Below are positions 40,511 to 50,673 of a stretch of DNA of 64,000 nt, piece by piece. The stretch spans positions 13,773-77,772 of the forward strand of contig JBGANF010000025.1 in NCBI GenBank assembly GCA_044222475.1. The letters are read 5' to 3'. Within the stretch, counting starts at the first letter, position 1. Every line of letters begins with the position of its first letter. The notes beneath the pieces are model-generated. The model was not told the DNA's origin and searched no databases. It saw nothing but the letters and a program-made list of their open reading frames with translations. Position numbers and translations under genes: made by a program. Source of the stretch: Polyangiaceae bacterium. GTDB taxonomy: Bacteria; Myxococcota_A; Polyangia; Polyangiales; Polyangiaceae.

Positions 40511-42391
40511 TTAGTTCGGAATCGCGCTCGTCGGCACGGTCCAATACGGACTGATGTTGTTCGCGTCGATGTCCTGCCCCGGCATCCACACCGGGGCGAA
40601 GCTCGGGTCCTGCTTGCCGTCGAGCTTGGTCTTCGAGATCGCGCCGATCCAGATCTGCTTGCACTGCGTCACGCCGTTCGCCTTGCACGCCGCCGCGGTG
40701 TTCGCGCCGGTGATCTTGTGCCCGTAGTCGCGCTCGCTCGCGAAGACGATCCAGTAGAAATCTGTCCCGCTCGCCGGCGCCCAATGCGGCCACGTGATGT
40801 CGTAGTCGGCGGGGCCGTTCATCTTCGACAGGTCGACCCTCCAGGCGCCCGTCGGCTCGGTGAGCATCAGGCGCTGGCCCGCGGTGCGCGCGTTGGTGAA
40901 GTTGCGCCACGCCGCCCGCGCCGCGTTGAAGACGATGAGCGCGCCGTCCTGCGAGTAGCTCGGGAAGAAGAAGTTGTCGTACACGCCGCTCGGCAGCGCG
41001 ATCGGCTGGCGGACGATGAACTTGGGCTCCCCGAACGTGTGCGTCGCGTTCGCGTAGCTGTACGACATCGTCGCAATCGCCGACTGCGTGACGTCGATCC
41101 AGTTGCCCGCGCCGGGCACGGACGTGAAGACCACGCTGTTCCCGTTCGGCGCCCAGTCGGGCATCGTCCCGTGGCGCGTGGGCTGGCCGGCGTCGTGCGT
41201 GCTCATCACCGCCGCGTTCGACGGGACCGCGGCGCCGGTGTCGGGATCGATCAACGTGAGCGTCGCGTCGTTCTTGGTGACCATCGCGACGGCCTTCGAG
41301 TCGTCGAGGTACGGATTGCCGACCGGCGCGAACGTCGTGTACGAGCCGGGGATCGCCTTCGCGTTCGCGTCGACGGTGTCCTTCCAGGTCTTCGTGACCT
41401 TGTCGTACTTCATGAAGCCTACGAAGATCTGGCTGCAGTTGTTCGCGACGCACCGGCTGTATCCGATGCGGCTCCCCGCTCGCGACACCGAGTGGCACGA
41501 CGTGCAGTCGGCCTTCACCTGCGCCGGCGGCGGGTTCGTCTGCCCGAACGTCTGGGTCAGGATGCTGCCCTTCGACGACGCCCACCAGTAGATCGCGGTG
41601 TCGTTGATCTTGTCCTTCGACATCGTGACGGTGGCGGGCGCTCCGGCGTAGCGCGTCTGCGGTTGGGCTTGCGTCAATCCTTCGACGGTGACCTTCATGT
41701 CGTCGCCTGATGCGCTCTCGGCAACGGCCGCCCACGTCGGATCGTCGACCTGGGCGTCGGCCGCGAGCGTGTAGACGTTGAGCGCGATGTGCGGCGACAC
41801 CCACGACAAGTGGAAGAGGTCGTTCTTGGCGACGGTCCACTGTGCGTTCATCGACGGGATGTTCAGCGGCGCGGCCGATCCGTCGAGCGGGTACTCGAGC
41901 GCGGGCGTGTGGGTCGGATCGGCGCCGAGCTGCGCACCGGCGAAGAGCGCGGGCGCGTTCGCAGGCGCACCGCCGAGGACGACGTCGTCCTGGAGCACCA
42001 CGGTGAGGCCGGTCGATGCCGACGAGCCGTTGCAGTTCGCGGTCACTTTGCTCGTGCCGCCGCGAGGCGCCGTCGTGAAGGTCGGGCCGGCGAACCCGCC
42101 GATCTTCGCGTCGGCAATGACGAAGCCGCAGTCCGCGGTGACGTCGACCTTGGTCCCGCCGATCGTCGCAATCGCCTTGTAGACCTGCGTCGTGCCGCCC
42201 TTGAGCGTCGTCTTGAGCGTCGCGTCCGGCGGCTCGACGACGAGCGCGTCGTACTTCACCGCGCCGTCCGTGGCCCCGTCGCCGCCGCCGTCGGTGAACG
42301 TGCTGCCGGTGTCGTCGGTCCCGCACGCACCCATCGCGAGCGCTGCCACCGAGAGCAGCGCGATCGCGAGTAGCCCGCTCGCTCGCTTCAT
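40511..42391 (-). CDS. TolB-like / PD40 beta-propeller lipoprotein
   Basis: Lipobox MGAC; PDWAPNG, PSYSQDG..IVF, WPHWAP and WIVFASER.YG. Confidence 0.75.
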   Translation of the reverse strand: MKRASGLLAIALLSVAALAMGACGTDDTGSTFTDGGGDGATDGAVKYDALVVEPPDATLKTTLKGGTTQVYKAIATIGGTKVDVTADCGFVIADAKIGGFAGPTFTTAPRGGTSKVTANCNGSSASTGLTVVLQDDVVLGGAPANAPALFAGAQLGADPTHTPALEYPLDGSAAPLNIPSMNAQWTVAKNDLFHLSWVSPHIALNVYTLAADAQVDDPTWAAVAESASGDDMKVTVEGLTQAQPQTRYAGAPATVTMSKDKINDTAIYWWASSKGSILTQTFGQTNPPPAQVKADCTSCHSVSRAGSRIGYSRCVANNCSQIFVGFMKYDKVTKTWKDTVDANAKAIPGSYTTFAPVGNPYLDDSKAVAMVTKNDATLTLIDPDTGAAVPSNAAVMSTHDAGQPTRHGTMPDWAPNGNSVVFTSVPGAGNWIDVTQSAIATMSYSYANATHTFGEPKFIVRQPIALPSGVYDNFFFPSYSQDGALIVFNAARAAWRNFTNARTAGQRLMLTEPTGAWRVDLSKMNGPADYDITWPHWAPASGTDFYWIVFASERDYGHKITGANTAAACKANGVTQCKQIWIGAISKTKLDGKQDPSFAPVWMPGQDIDANNISPYWTVPTSAIPN

Positions 42392-42444
42392 GCGTCGGAG
42401 GCTAGCACTTTGCTTCCCCACGAGCGGGCGCCTATCATGAAAAG

Positions 42445-43056
42445 GTGGGAGGCAAGCGCACCATTCTGCTCGGCGCCGGATCCCTCGCCCTCGCGGGGTG
42501 TGCGCTCGTGTCCGGCCTCTCGGACCTCGACGTCGTCGGCGACGCGAGCGTGGTCGACGCGAGCGTGAACGACGTGACCGTGGATGCGGCTCCCGGCAAC
42601 GACTCGTCCGTGGTGGACGCCTCGGCGGACGGCCCGCGGTTCGACGTCGTCATCGCCCCCGACGTGTCGCCGCCGCCGGTCATCGCGATCCGCTGCGGTC
42701 CCGATCCGAAGAAGCCGTGCGCACAGCCCAACGTCTGCTGCCGGCGAGGCAACGCGGACGCGGGGTACACGCAGACCTGCGAGTCGGCCCAGACGTGCCC
42801 GACCGGCAGCCTGAACCAGACCGTACCCGTCTCGTGCGACGGTCCGTCGGCATGCAAGAGCGGCGAGATCTGCTGTGCGTACTACACGTCGTTCTTCAAC
42901 GTGCTCCAGCAGATCAAGTGCACCACCACCAAGTGCGACCAGAACACCGAGGTCCGCATGTGCGGCACCGACGGCGGGCCCGCGTCGACGTGTATCACGC
43001 CCGACGTCTGCACGCCCAGCGCCGGCTCCCTCCCCGGCTACTACTTCTGCAACTGA
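42445..43056 (+). CDS. Cys-rich lipoprotein
   Basis: Lipobox LAGC; DAS-rich linker; CC and CDGPSAC..GEICC motifs. Confidence 0.7.
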   Translation: MGGKRTILLGAGSLALAGCALVSGLSDLDVVGDASVVDASVNDVTVDAAPGNDSSVVDASADGPRFDVVIAPDVSPPPVIAIRCGPDPKKPCAQPNVCCRRGNADAGYTQTCESAQTCPTGSLNQTVPVSCDGPSACKSGEICCAYYTSFFNVLQQIKCTTTKCDQNTEVRMCGTDGGPASTCITPDVCTPSAGSLPGYYFCN

Positions 43057-43059
43057 TGC

Positions 43060-43506
43060 TCAGTACGTCGTCGTGATCGCGTCCATGCGCGGCGACGGAG
43101 GCCACGCCTTGGCTCGTATCGCGTGGTCGATGCAGCGCGCCGTCGTGGGGTCGGGCGGCGACGTCGTCACCGTCACGCCGCGCGCGCGCCCGTCCATGAC
43201 TGCGACGCGCACCGTGACGCGCATCGAGTCGGGCACGCCGCACGCGTCGAGGAAGCGCGAGTCGTGGAGCGGCGCCGAGAGCTCGGCGTTCGTGAGGTCC
43301 GGACCGGTGGCGGCCGGCGCGGGGAGCGCGAGCGCGGCCTCGTACGTGAGCTCGTCATCCCCGGGCGGCTTCTGCTGCGAAGGGGCCGACCCGAGCGGCG
43401 CCGACGACCCCACCGGAAGCTCGACCGCCGAGCGCTGCGCCTCGGGTTTCTGCTGGCTGCCCCCGCATGCCACGAGCGCCACCGCGACGGCGACGAGCAC
43501 TCTCAC
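43060..43506 (-). CDS. Lipoprotein with TonB-C/AgmX-like C-terminus
   Basis: Lipobox LVAC; VTVRVAV..G...GVTV...ARCI..AIR...WP. Confidence 0.55.
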   Translation of the reverse strand: MRVLVAVAVALVACGGSQQKPEAQRSAVELPVGSSAPLGSAPSQQKPPGDDELTYEAALALPAPAATGPDLTNAELSAPLHDSRFLDACGVPDSMRVTVRVAVMDGRARGVTVTTSPPDPTTARCIDHAIRAKAWPPSPRMDAITTTY

Positions 43507-44708
43507 GAGATGACGCCGAGCTTCTTCCCGACCGCGGCGAACGTGTCGATCGCGCGATCGATCTGCTCCGTCGTGTGCGCGGCGCTGATCTGCACGCGGA
43601 TGCGCGCTTCCCCTTTTGGGACGACCGGGTAGAAGAACCCGATCACGAAGATGCCCGCGTTCTGCATCTCGGTCGCGAACGTCTGCGCGAGCTTCGCGTC
43701 ACCGAGCATCACCGGCACGATCGGGTGCACGCCTTCCTTGATGGTGAGCCCGGTCTTCTTCATGCCTTCGCGGAAGCGCTTCGTGTTCGCCTCGGACCGG
43801 TCGCGGAGCTCGGTCGTCTTGCCGAGGAGCTCGAACACCTTCAGGCTCGCGCCGACGATCGCCGGCGCGACCGTGTTCGAGAAGAGGTACGGGCGCGACC
43901 GCTGGCGCAGCACGTCGATCATCGCCTTGCGGCCGACCGTGTATCCGCCGGAGCCGCCGCCCAGCGCTTTCCCCAACGTCCCCGTCATCACGTCGATGCG
44001 GCTCATCACCCCGCAGTGCTCCGGCGTTCCGCGCCCGGTCTTGCCGATGAAGCCCGTCGCGTGGGAGTCGTCGACCATCACCATCGCGCCGTATTTCTCG
44101 GCCAAATCGCAGATCTGCTCGAGCTTCGCGATGTACCCGTCCATCGAGAACACGCCGTCGGTCGCGATCATGCGGAGCCGCTTGCCCTGCGTCTTCTTCA
44201 GCGCTTCCTCGAGCGCGTCCATGTCGCCGTTGGGGTAGCGGTGCCGCTCGGCCTTGCACAGACGGATGCCGTCGATGATCGACGCGTGGTTCAGCGCGTC
44301 CGAGATGATGGCGTCCTCTTCTCCGAGCAGCGTCTCGAAGAGGCCACCGTTCGCGTCGAAGCACGACGTGTAGAGGATGGTGTCGTCCATGCCGAAGAAG
44401 CGCGCGATGACGTGCTCGAGCTCCTTGTGGATGTCCTGCGTGCCGCAGATGAACCGCACGCTCGACATGCCGAAGCCGTGCGTGTCGAGCGCGTGCTTCG
44501 CGGCGGCGAGCACCTCGGGGTGCGACGAGAGCCCGAGGTAGTTGTTCGCGCAGAAGTTCAGCGTCTCCTTCGCCTCGGCGCCCTCGCGCGCGGCCGCGCG
44601 GATCTTCGGGCCTTGCGGGGTGACGATGATCCGCTCTTCCTTGAAGAGGCCCGCCTCGCGGATTTCGTTCAGCGTGCTCTCGTAGACCTTCGCGCCGGTG
44701 TACGCCAT
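43503..44708 (-). CDS. kbl: Glycine C-acetyltransferase (2-amino-3-ketobutyrate CoA ligase)
   Basis: [55 protein letters not shown] and [11 protein letters not shown]. Confidence 0.95.
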   Translation of the reverse strand: MAYTGAKVYESTLNEIREAGLFKEERIIVTPQGPKIRAAAREGAEAKETLNFCANNYLGLSSHPEVLAAAKHALDTHGFGMSSVRFICGTQDIHKELEHVIARFFGMDDTILYTSCFDANGGLFETLLGEEDAIISDALNHASIIDGIRLCKAERHRYPNGDMDALEEALKKTQGKRLRMIATDGVFSMDGYIAKLEQICDLAEKYGAMVMVDDSHATGFIGKTGRGTPEHCGVMSRIDVMTGTLGKALGGGSGGYTVGRKAMIDVLRQRSRPYLFSNTVAPAIVGASLKVFELLGKTTELRDRSEANTKRFREGMKKTGLTIKEGVHPIVPVMLGDAKLAQTFATEMQNAGIFVIGFFYPVVPKGEARIRVQISAAHTTEQIDRAIDTFAAVGKKLGVIS

Positions 44709-44770
44709 GGGCGAACGATGCCACTGCGAACGCGCGCGCCGCAAGCCTCAGGTAGTCTGGAGGCGTCGTC

Positions 44771-45286
44771 ATGAGAGCCCTCGGTCTTTTCGTCGTCTCG
44801 CTGGCGTTCGCGTGCCGGAGTCCGGGCGTCGCGGAGCAGCGCTCGCCGGTCGACGCCGGCGCATCGGTCGACGCCGGCGCCGCGCCGAGCCCCCGCTCGT
44901 CGGCGGTGGTGGGTCGGTGGCACGCGGTCGCGTTCCACCACGGGGACGCCGTCTCGCGTGATCCCCGGTCGGCGATGCACTTCGTGATCGGGGCCGACGG
45001 CGCGGTCGAGTGGCGTGGCCAGACGACGACCGAGAAGCGGACGACGACCGGGGTCCAAGCCTCGACGCGCACCTGGGTCGTGACCGGCCGCTGGGAGGAG
45101 GAGGGGGATTCGCTCGTGATGACGTGGAGCGCCGACGTCGAGCCGACCGCCGCGGAGGCGATCGGCGCGTGGTCGCTCCTCGCCGGGCGGACGAGCACGT
45201 TTCGAAGCCAAGTAGTACCGTCGACCGGTCGGCTCTGGCTCCACCGCCCCGACGTAGAGACGTCGCTCGAGCTCGAAGCCGAGTAG
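44771..45286 (+). CDS. Hypothetical lipoprotein
   Basis: Lipobox AFAC; VVGRW beta-rich domain. Confidence 0.5.
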   Translation: MRALGLFVVSLAFACRSPGVAEQRSPVDAGASVDAGAAPSPRSSAVVGRWHAVAFHHGDAVSRDPRSAMHFVIGADGAVEWRGQTTTEKRTTTGVQASTRTWVVTGRWEEEGDSLVMTWSADVEPTAAEAIGAWSLLAGRTSTFRSQVVPSTGRLWLHRPDVETSLELEAE

Positions 45287-45300
45287 TATCGTCGGCCCTG

Positions 45301-46686
45301 ATGGACGCGATCGACTGGAGCCTCGAAGGAACCCGCACGGTCGAGCTTCTCTCGCAGCTGCTGCGCATCCCCACCGTGAACCGCGGCGACGGCGCCGAGG
45401 GCGACGGCAACGAGCGGCCCGCCGCCGAGCTTCTCGCCGAGCACCTCCGGGCCGCGAAGCTGGAGCCCAAGCTCTTCGAGCGGAAGAAGGGCCGCACCAA
45501 CGTGGTCGCCCGCCTGAAGGGCACCGGCGAGAAGCCACCGATCCTCCTCAACGCTCACCTCGACGTGGTCGAGGCCGACGCCTCGAAGTGGGCTCACCCG
45601 CCGTTCGCGGGCGAGGTCCACGACGGCTACCTGTGGGGCCGCGGCGCGATCGACATGAAGAACATGGCGGCGATGAGCGCGCGCGTCCTCTGCATGCTGG
45701 CGGAGCGCCACGGGCCGGGGAAGCTCGAGCGCGACGTGATCTTCGCCGGCGTCGCCGACGAAGAGGCGGGCTGCGCGGAAGGCAGCTTGTTCCTCGTCGA
45801 CGATCACGCCGACGAAGTGCGTGCAGAATACACGCTCGGCGAGATCGGCGCGTTCTCGCTCTACCTCTTCGGGCGCAGCTTCTATCCGATCCAGACCGCC
45901 GAGAAGGGCGTCTGCTGGGTCCGGGCGACGTTCGAGGGCGACCCCGGTCACGGCTCGATGCCGAACCCCGACAGCGCCGTCATCCAGCTCGGCGCCGCCC
46001 TGAATCGGCTGGGAAAGAAGCGCCTTCCGCAGCACCCGACCGAGGCGGTCAGCAAGTTCATCCACGCGCTCGCGAAGGAGCTCCCGGCCCCGCAGCGCAA
46101 CGTGATGAAGCGGCTGACGACCCCGCAGGTCGCGTCGCTCATCCTCGACTACCTCGTGCGCGACCCGACGCAGCGCCGCACGTTCGGCGCCATCCTCTCG
46201 AACACGGCGACGCCGACGGTGGTGCGTGCCGGCAACAAGGTGAACGTCATCCCCGGCAAGGCCACCGTCGACATCGACGGCCGCACGCTGCCCGGCCAAA
46301 CCGACGCCAGCTTCCTCGAGGAGCTCCGCGCCGTCCTCGGCGACTCGGTCAAGCTCGAGGTGCTCCGATCGCTGCCGCCGGTCGAAACCCCGGACGACAC
46401 CCCCATGTTCAGCCACTTGGCGCGCACGGTTCGGGCCCACGACCCGCTCGCCCTGCCCATCCCGTTCGTCATCCCGGGGTTCACCGACGCGAAGGCCTAC
46501 GCCCGCCTCGGGTCGAAATGTTACGGGTTCTCCCCCGTCCGATTCGATCCGACGGCGGAAATCAGCTTCTCCCGGATGTACCACGGGCACGACGAAAGGG
46601 TGCCGATCGCCGGTCTTTCCTGGGGTGTTCAGGTACTTTTCGAGGCCGTCGAAGCATGGGCGAGCCCCAGTGCGAGGCGCCACTAG
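45301..46686 (+). CDS. M20/M25/M40 metallopeptidase
   Basis: HLDVV, WGRGAIDMK, ADEE, GHGS, NVIP, GFTD and HGHDER. Confidence 0.9.
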   Translation: MDAIDWSLEGTRTVELLSQLLRIPTVNRGDGAEGDGNERPAAELLAEHLRAAKLEPKLFERKKGRTNVVARLKGTGEKPPILLNAHLDVVEADASKWAHPPFAGEVHDGYLWGRGAIDMKNMAAMSARVLCMLAERHGPGKLERDVIFAGVADEEAGCAEGSLFLVDDHADEVRAEYTLGEIGAFSLYLFGRSFYPIQTAEKGVCWVRATFEGDPGHGSMPNPDSAVIQLGAALNRLGKKRLPQHPTEAVSKFIHALAKELPAPQRNVMKRLTTPQVASLILDYLVRDPTQRRTFGAILSNTATPTVVRAGNKVNVIPGKATVDIDGRTLPGQTDASFLEELRAVLGDSVKLEVLRSLPPVETPDDTPMFSHLARTVRAHDPLALPIPFVIPGFTDAKAYARLGSKCYGFSPVRFDPTAEISFSRMYHGHDERVPIAGLSWGVQVLFEAVEAWASPSARRH

Positions 46687-46768
46687 ACTGTTCGATGGCG
46701 CATCGGATAGAACCGTAGGTCACCCAGCTTTTCCAACGCGCGATGCATGTGGTCGCGGAGGCGTGTCG

Positions 46769-47251
46769 ATGGTCAATCCCCAGATGGTGATGTACGAGGA
46801 GGAGTTCAATCAGATCCAAGCGGTCGTAGACCGACTGGTTCGCGACGCGAACGCCAAGGTCGTCTTCATCGTGGACAAGAACGGCCAGCTCATCGCGGCC
46901 GCCGGCGACATCGACAACGTCGACACCACGAGCCTGGCTTCGCTCACCGCAGGCAACATCGCCGCGACCGGCGGCATGGCCAAGCTCCTCAAAGAGAACG
47001 AGTTCGCGACGCAATTTCACGAAGGCGAGAAGGCGAACATCCACATCCAGCTCGTCGGAAACCGGGTCATCCTGGTCGTCATCTTCGACTCGCGTTCGAG
47101 CCTCGGCCTCGTCCGGCTCCGCGTGAAGAAAGCGACGGAAGAGCTCAACCACATCTTCGAGTCGCTCTTGAAGAAGGTCGCGGAACCGGGGGCTGATTCA
47201 CCCTTCGCCGAAATCACCGACGAAGACATCGACAACCTCTTCAACGACTGA
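46769..47251 (+). CDS. mglB: MglB roadblock-domain GAP
   Basis: MYEEEF...[17 protein letters not shown]...[13 protein letters not shown]...SSLGLVRLR...[13 protein letters not shown]. Confidence 0.97.
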   Translation: MVNPQMVMYEEEFNQIQAVVDRLVRDANAKVVFIVDKNGQLIAAAGDIDNVDTTSLASLTAGNIAATGGMAKLLKENEFATQFHEGEKANIHIQLVGNRVILVVIFDSRSSLGLVRLRVKKATEELNHIFESLLKKVAEPGADSPFAEITDEDIDNLFND

Positions 47252-47265
47252 GCCGAGGCGCAGGC

Positions 47266-47856
47266 ATGAGTTTCATCAACTACATGGCCCGCGAGATCAA
47301 CTGCAAGTTGGTCTACTACGGCCCCGGTCTTTGCGGGAAGACCACCAACCTCCAGTACATCTACGAGCGCACGAACCCCGAAGCGAAGGGCAAGATGATC
47401 AGCCTCGCGACGGAGACCGAGCGAACGCTCTTCTTCGACTTCCTGCCGCTGTCGCTCGGTGAAATCCGCGGCTTCAAGACGCGCTTCCACCTCTACACGG
47501 TGCCCGGCCAGGTCTTCTACGACGCCAGCCGGAAGCTCATCTTGAAGGGCGTCGACGGCGTGATCTTCGTCGCCGACTCGCAGATCGAGCGTACGGAAGC
47601 CAACATCGAGTCGGTCGAAAACCTGCGGACGAACCTCGCGGAGCAGGGCTACACGCTCGAGAAGCTCCCGTACGTCATGCAGTACAACAAGCGCGACCTG
47701 CCGAACGTCGCGAGCATGGAGGAGCTGCGTGAGCTCCTCAACCCGACCAAGGTCCCCGAGTTCGAGGCGGTCGCCCGCACCGGCGTCGGCGTCTTCGACA
47801 CGCTCAAGGCGGTCGCGAAGCTCGTCCTCACGGAGCTCAAGAAGGGCGGGACCTGA
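47266..47856 (+). CDS. mglA: MglA small GTPase
   Basis: [31 protein letters not shown] and NKRD. Confidence 0.98.
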   Translation: MSFINYMAREINCKLVYYGPGLCGKTTNLQYIYERTNPEAKGKMISLATETERTLFFDFLPLSLGEIRGFKTRFHLYTVPGQVFYDASRKLILKGVDGVIFVADSQIERTEANIESVENLRTNLAEQGYTLEKLPYVMQYNKRDLPNVASMEELRELLNPTKVPEFEAVARTGVGVFDTLKAVAKLVLTELKKGGT

Positions 47857-47879
47857 GCCCGGCTCGCGTCAGCGCGAGT

Positions 47880-47930
47880 ACAAAATGAGAGAGCGCATCG
47901 CACGAGTGCGACGCGCTCTCTTCGTTTTGT
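47880..47930. terminator. Probable bidirectional terminator hairpin
   Basis: acaaaa..gagagcgcatcgcac / tgcgacgcgctctc..ttttgt, between convergent genes. Confidence 0.65.
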
Positions 47931-47961
47931 CGGAGCGAATGGCGCCGTGGGCGCCACGGGC

Positions 47962-48093
47962 TCAGAGCTTGGACTTCTTCCAGGTGTGCAGCGAACGCCG
48001 GCGCTTCATGTTCTTCGACTTCAGCTTGGCGCGGAAGCGGCTGGAGCGGTTGCGGTCGGTCTTGCGGGGCTTCTTCGAAAGGACGATGTACAT
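47962..48093 (-). CDS. Small highly basic protein (43 aa)
   Basis: MYIVLSKKPRKTDRNRSSRFRAKLKSKNMKRRRSLHTWKKSKL; GGTGAGG SD; codons almost all end in G/C. Confidence 0.75.
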   Translation of the reverse strand: MYIVLSKKPRKTDRNRSSRFRAKLKSKNMKRRRSLHTWKKSKL

Positions 48094-48205
48094 GGCTGCC
48101 TCACCCCGATGTTTCGGGGGACGCGGGATTTAGCCCACGAGGGGCCATCTCGCAAGAGATCGTTCGCCGGCTGACGAAGTGGTAGATCTCGGGCTAGGGA
48201 GACTC

Positions 48206-48577
48206 ATGGCGGATTCCCATCACGTTCGGTTGGTTCACGAGTTTCGGTTCGAGGCCGCCCATCGGCTGCCGCGCGTCCCCGCGGGCCACAAGTGCGCGCG
48301 ACTCCACGGGCATTCCTTCAAGGTCGAGCTGGCCGTGGCGGGTCCCATGAACCCGGAGACGGGGTGGTTCATCGACTTCGGCGAGCTCTACGACCTCTGG
48401 CAGCCGCTGCACGCTCGCCTCGACCACAATTATCTCAATGAAATCGAGGGGCTCGAGAACCCGACCAGCGAGATCCTCGTGAAATGGATCTGGGACGCCC
48501 TCAAGCCGAAGCTCCCGAGCCTCGAGCAGGTGACCCTCTGGGAGACCTGCGAAGCCCGCTGCGAGTACCGCGGATGA
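48206..48577 (+). CDS. queD: 6-carboxytetrahydropterin synthase
   Basis: [23 protein letters not shown] and NPTSE. Confidence 0.95.
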   Translation: MADSHHVRLVHEFRFEAAHRLPRVPAGHKCARLHGHSFKVELAVAGPMNPETGWFIDFGELYDLWQPLHARLDHNYLNEIEGLENPTSEILVKWIWDALKPKLPSLEQVTLWETCEARCEYRG

Positions 48578-48870
48578 GCAAGACCCTCGTCTGCCGCTGC
48601 GAGGACGTCACCCTCCACGAGCTGGAGGAGGCCGTCTCGCGGGGCCACGACGACATCGAGTCGCTCAAGCGGTACACCGGGTTCGGCACCGGCTGGTGCC
48701 AGGGAAAATCGTGCGTCGCGCTGTGTGCGCGGATGCTCGCCGAGCGCGGCGGCAAGGTCGCGCTGCCCATTACGCCGAGGCCGCCGTTCCACCCCACGCG
48801 CCTCGCCGATCTGGCCGGCCTGGCCGACGTGGCCGACGCCGACGCGAAGGCCGGACGGCCTCCGCACTGA
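48574..48870 (+). CDS. BFD-like (2Fe-2S)-binding protein
   Basis: VCRCEDVT...LKRYT..G.G.CQG..C...RPP. Confidence 0.85.
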   Translation: MSKTLVCRCEDVTLHELEEAVSRGHDDIESLKRYTGFGTGWCQGKSCVALCARMLAERGGKVALPITPRPPFHPTRLADLAGLADVADADAKAGRPPH

Positions 48871-48873
48871 AGG

Positions 48874-49272
48874 TCACATCGCGTCGAAGACGCGCTTGAG
48901 GCGCGTCTGCACGTCCTTCGCGAGCTCCGCGTGCGGCGAGCCCGGCGCCGCTCCGAGCTGCTCGACCGGATCGATCATGCCGAGCACCGCCTTGCCGTCG
49001 TTCTCCTCGTAGAGGACGACGTTGCACGGGAGGAGCAGGCCGATGTGCGGATCCGCCGACGCCGCCTGGTGAGCGAACTTCGGGTTGCACGCGCCGATGA
49101 TGCGGTAGCGCCGAAAGTCGACGCCGATCTTCTCTTTGAGCGTCGCCTTCATGTCGATCTCGGTGATGACCCCGAAGCCCTCTTCCTTGAGCGCCGGCGG
49201 CAGCGCAGCGAGCGCCGCGTCGAAGTTCTTCGTCAGCGTCTTCCACATTCCGCGGTGTGCGTCGTTCGACAT
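48874..49272 (-). CDS. DUF302 protein
   Basis: GFGVITEID, IIGACNP and GLLLPCNV. Confidence 0.9.
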   Translation of the reverse strand: MSNDAHRGMWKTLTKNFDAALAALPPALKEEGFGVITEIDMKATLKEKIGVDFRRYRIIGACNPKFAHQAASADPHIGLLLPCNVVLYEENDGKAVLGMIDPVEQLGAAPGSPHAELAKDVQTRLKRVFDAM

Positions 49273-49432
49273 GATGGGACCTCTCCGAGTTCGTTAGTGA
49301 GAGCCGCCTCGGGGTGCAAGGGATTCGCACCTCGACCGCGAACCCGTCCGCGCGGGGTCGCCGAAAAACCCAGCATATTTCAGGGACATCCGACCGAATG
49401 ACCATGGTCCGCCGGGTGCATCCGGTGAGGCC

Positions 49433-49855
49433 ATGATGAAGAAGCTCCTCGCCGAGGCCCTCCGTCTCGTCCGCGCCGGCGGTGCGGGCCTCATGGCGAC
49501 GCTCGCCGACCTCGCGGTGCTCTCGATCCTGGTGAGCGGCTTCCACCTCGACCCGAAGGTCGCGAGCTTCCCTGCCCTGCTCGTCGGCGGCACGGTGAAC
49601 TTCTTCGCCAACCGGCACTTCGCGTTCAAGGCGGCGAAGGGCCACGCCGGAAAGCAGGCGCTCGGCTACACCGTCGTGGAGATCGTCGCGCTCGCGCTCA
49701 ACGCCGTCCTCTACGACTTCGTGCTCCGCACCGCGCCGGTGACGGCCTCGGCGTACTGGCTCGTGCGGCTCGCGACGAGTCACGCCGTGTTCCTCCTCTG
49801 GAGCTACCCGCTCTGGCGTCGCGTATTCCGCGTGGAGCCGGCGAAGCCCGTGTAG
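49433..49855 (+). CDS. GtrA-family membrane protein
   Basis: Four TMs; NFFANRHFAF and terminal RRVF. Confidence 0.8.
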   Translation: MMKKLLAEALRLVRAGGAGLMATLADLAVLSILVSGFHLDPKVASFPALLVGGTVNFFANRHFAFKAAKGHAGKQALGYTVVEIVALALNAVLYDFVLRTAPVTASAYWLVRLATSHAVFLLWSYPLWRRVFRVEPAKPV

Positions 49856-49865
49856 AACACGGGGC

Positions 49866-50666
49866 ATGAGCACGTCGATCTTCGTCTCTGGTCTCCTTCG
49901 TGGAAAGAGCGCCCTCGTCACGGGCGGTGGTAGCGGCATCGGTGCGGGCATCGCCAAGCGCCTCGCCGAGCAGGGCGCGCGCGTCGCTCTCGTGGGACGC
50001 ACGTTGGAGAAGCTGGAGAGCGTCGCTCAGGAGATCCGCAAGGCGGGCGGCGAAGCATCGACCCACCCGTGCGACGTACGCGAGTACGCCAAGGTCGAGG
50101 ACGTCGTGAACGCGGCGGCGACGCTGCACGGCGGGCTCGACGTGGTCGTCAACAGCGCGGCCGGGAACTTCCTGGCTCCCGCGGCGACGCTCAGCGCGAA
50201 CGGTTTCCGCTCCGTCGTCGACATCGACCTCTGCGGGACGTTCAACGTGTCTCGCGCGGCGTTCGCGCACCTCGAGAAGAGCCGCGGCCTCATCATCAAC
50301 GTCACCGCCACGCAGGCGAGCGTACCGACTCCGCTCCAGTGCCACGCCGGCGCTGCGAAAGCCGGTATCGAGAAGCTCACCCGCGATCTCGCGCTGGAGT
50401 GGGGGCGCTTCGGAATTCGCGTCAACGCGATCGCCCCCGGCCCGATCGACGACACCGAGGGCATGAAGCGGCTCGCTCCGGCGGACGCGGAGACGAAGCT
50501 CAAGAAGCGCGTCCCCCTCGAGCGCTGGGGGTCCATCTTCGAGATCTGCGAGGCCGTGACCTTTTTGGTATCGCCGTCGGCGACCTACATGACCGGGTCG
50601 ACGATGCTGGTCGACGGAGGAACGTCGCTCCTGGGCGGCGGGGCGTTCTTCGACGCCTTCGGTTGA
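49866..50666 (+). CDS. SDR oxidoreductase, 2,4-dienoyl-CoA reductase-like
   Basis: TGGGSGIG, NSAAGNF, HAGAAKAG and RVNAIAPGPI. Confidence 0.85.
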   Translation: MSTSIFVSGLLRGKSALVTGGGSGIGAGIAKRLAEQGARVALVGRTLEKLESVAQEIRKAGGEASTHPCDVREYAKVEDVVNAAATLHGGLDVVVNSAAGNFLAPAATLSANGFRSVVDIDLCGTFNVSRAAFAHLEKSRGLIINVTATQASVPTPLQCHAGAAKAGIEKLTRDLALEWGRFGIRVNAIAPGPIDDTEGMKRLAPADAETKLKKRVPLERWGSIFEICEAVTFLVSPSATYMTGSTMLVDGGTSLLGGGAFFDAFG

Positions 50667-50673
50667 GCCGGCC

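Noticed and set aside
40138..40554. Poly-LP, poly-AS, poly-RF and poly-GS ORFs, plus similar ORFs at 37.8-38.7 kb
   Set aside because: These are translations of stop-free hexamer arrays, with no RBS or domain evidence.
41480..41510. CTSCH as a c-type heme site in the TolB-like lipoprotein
   Set aside because: A single CxxCH in a Cys-containing propeller protein with no other cytochrome features; insufficient evidence.
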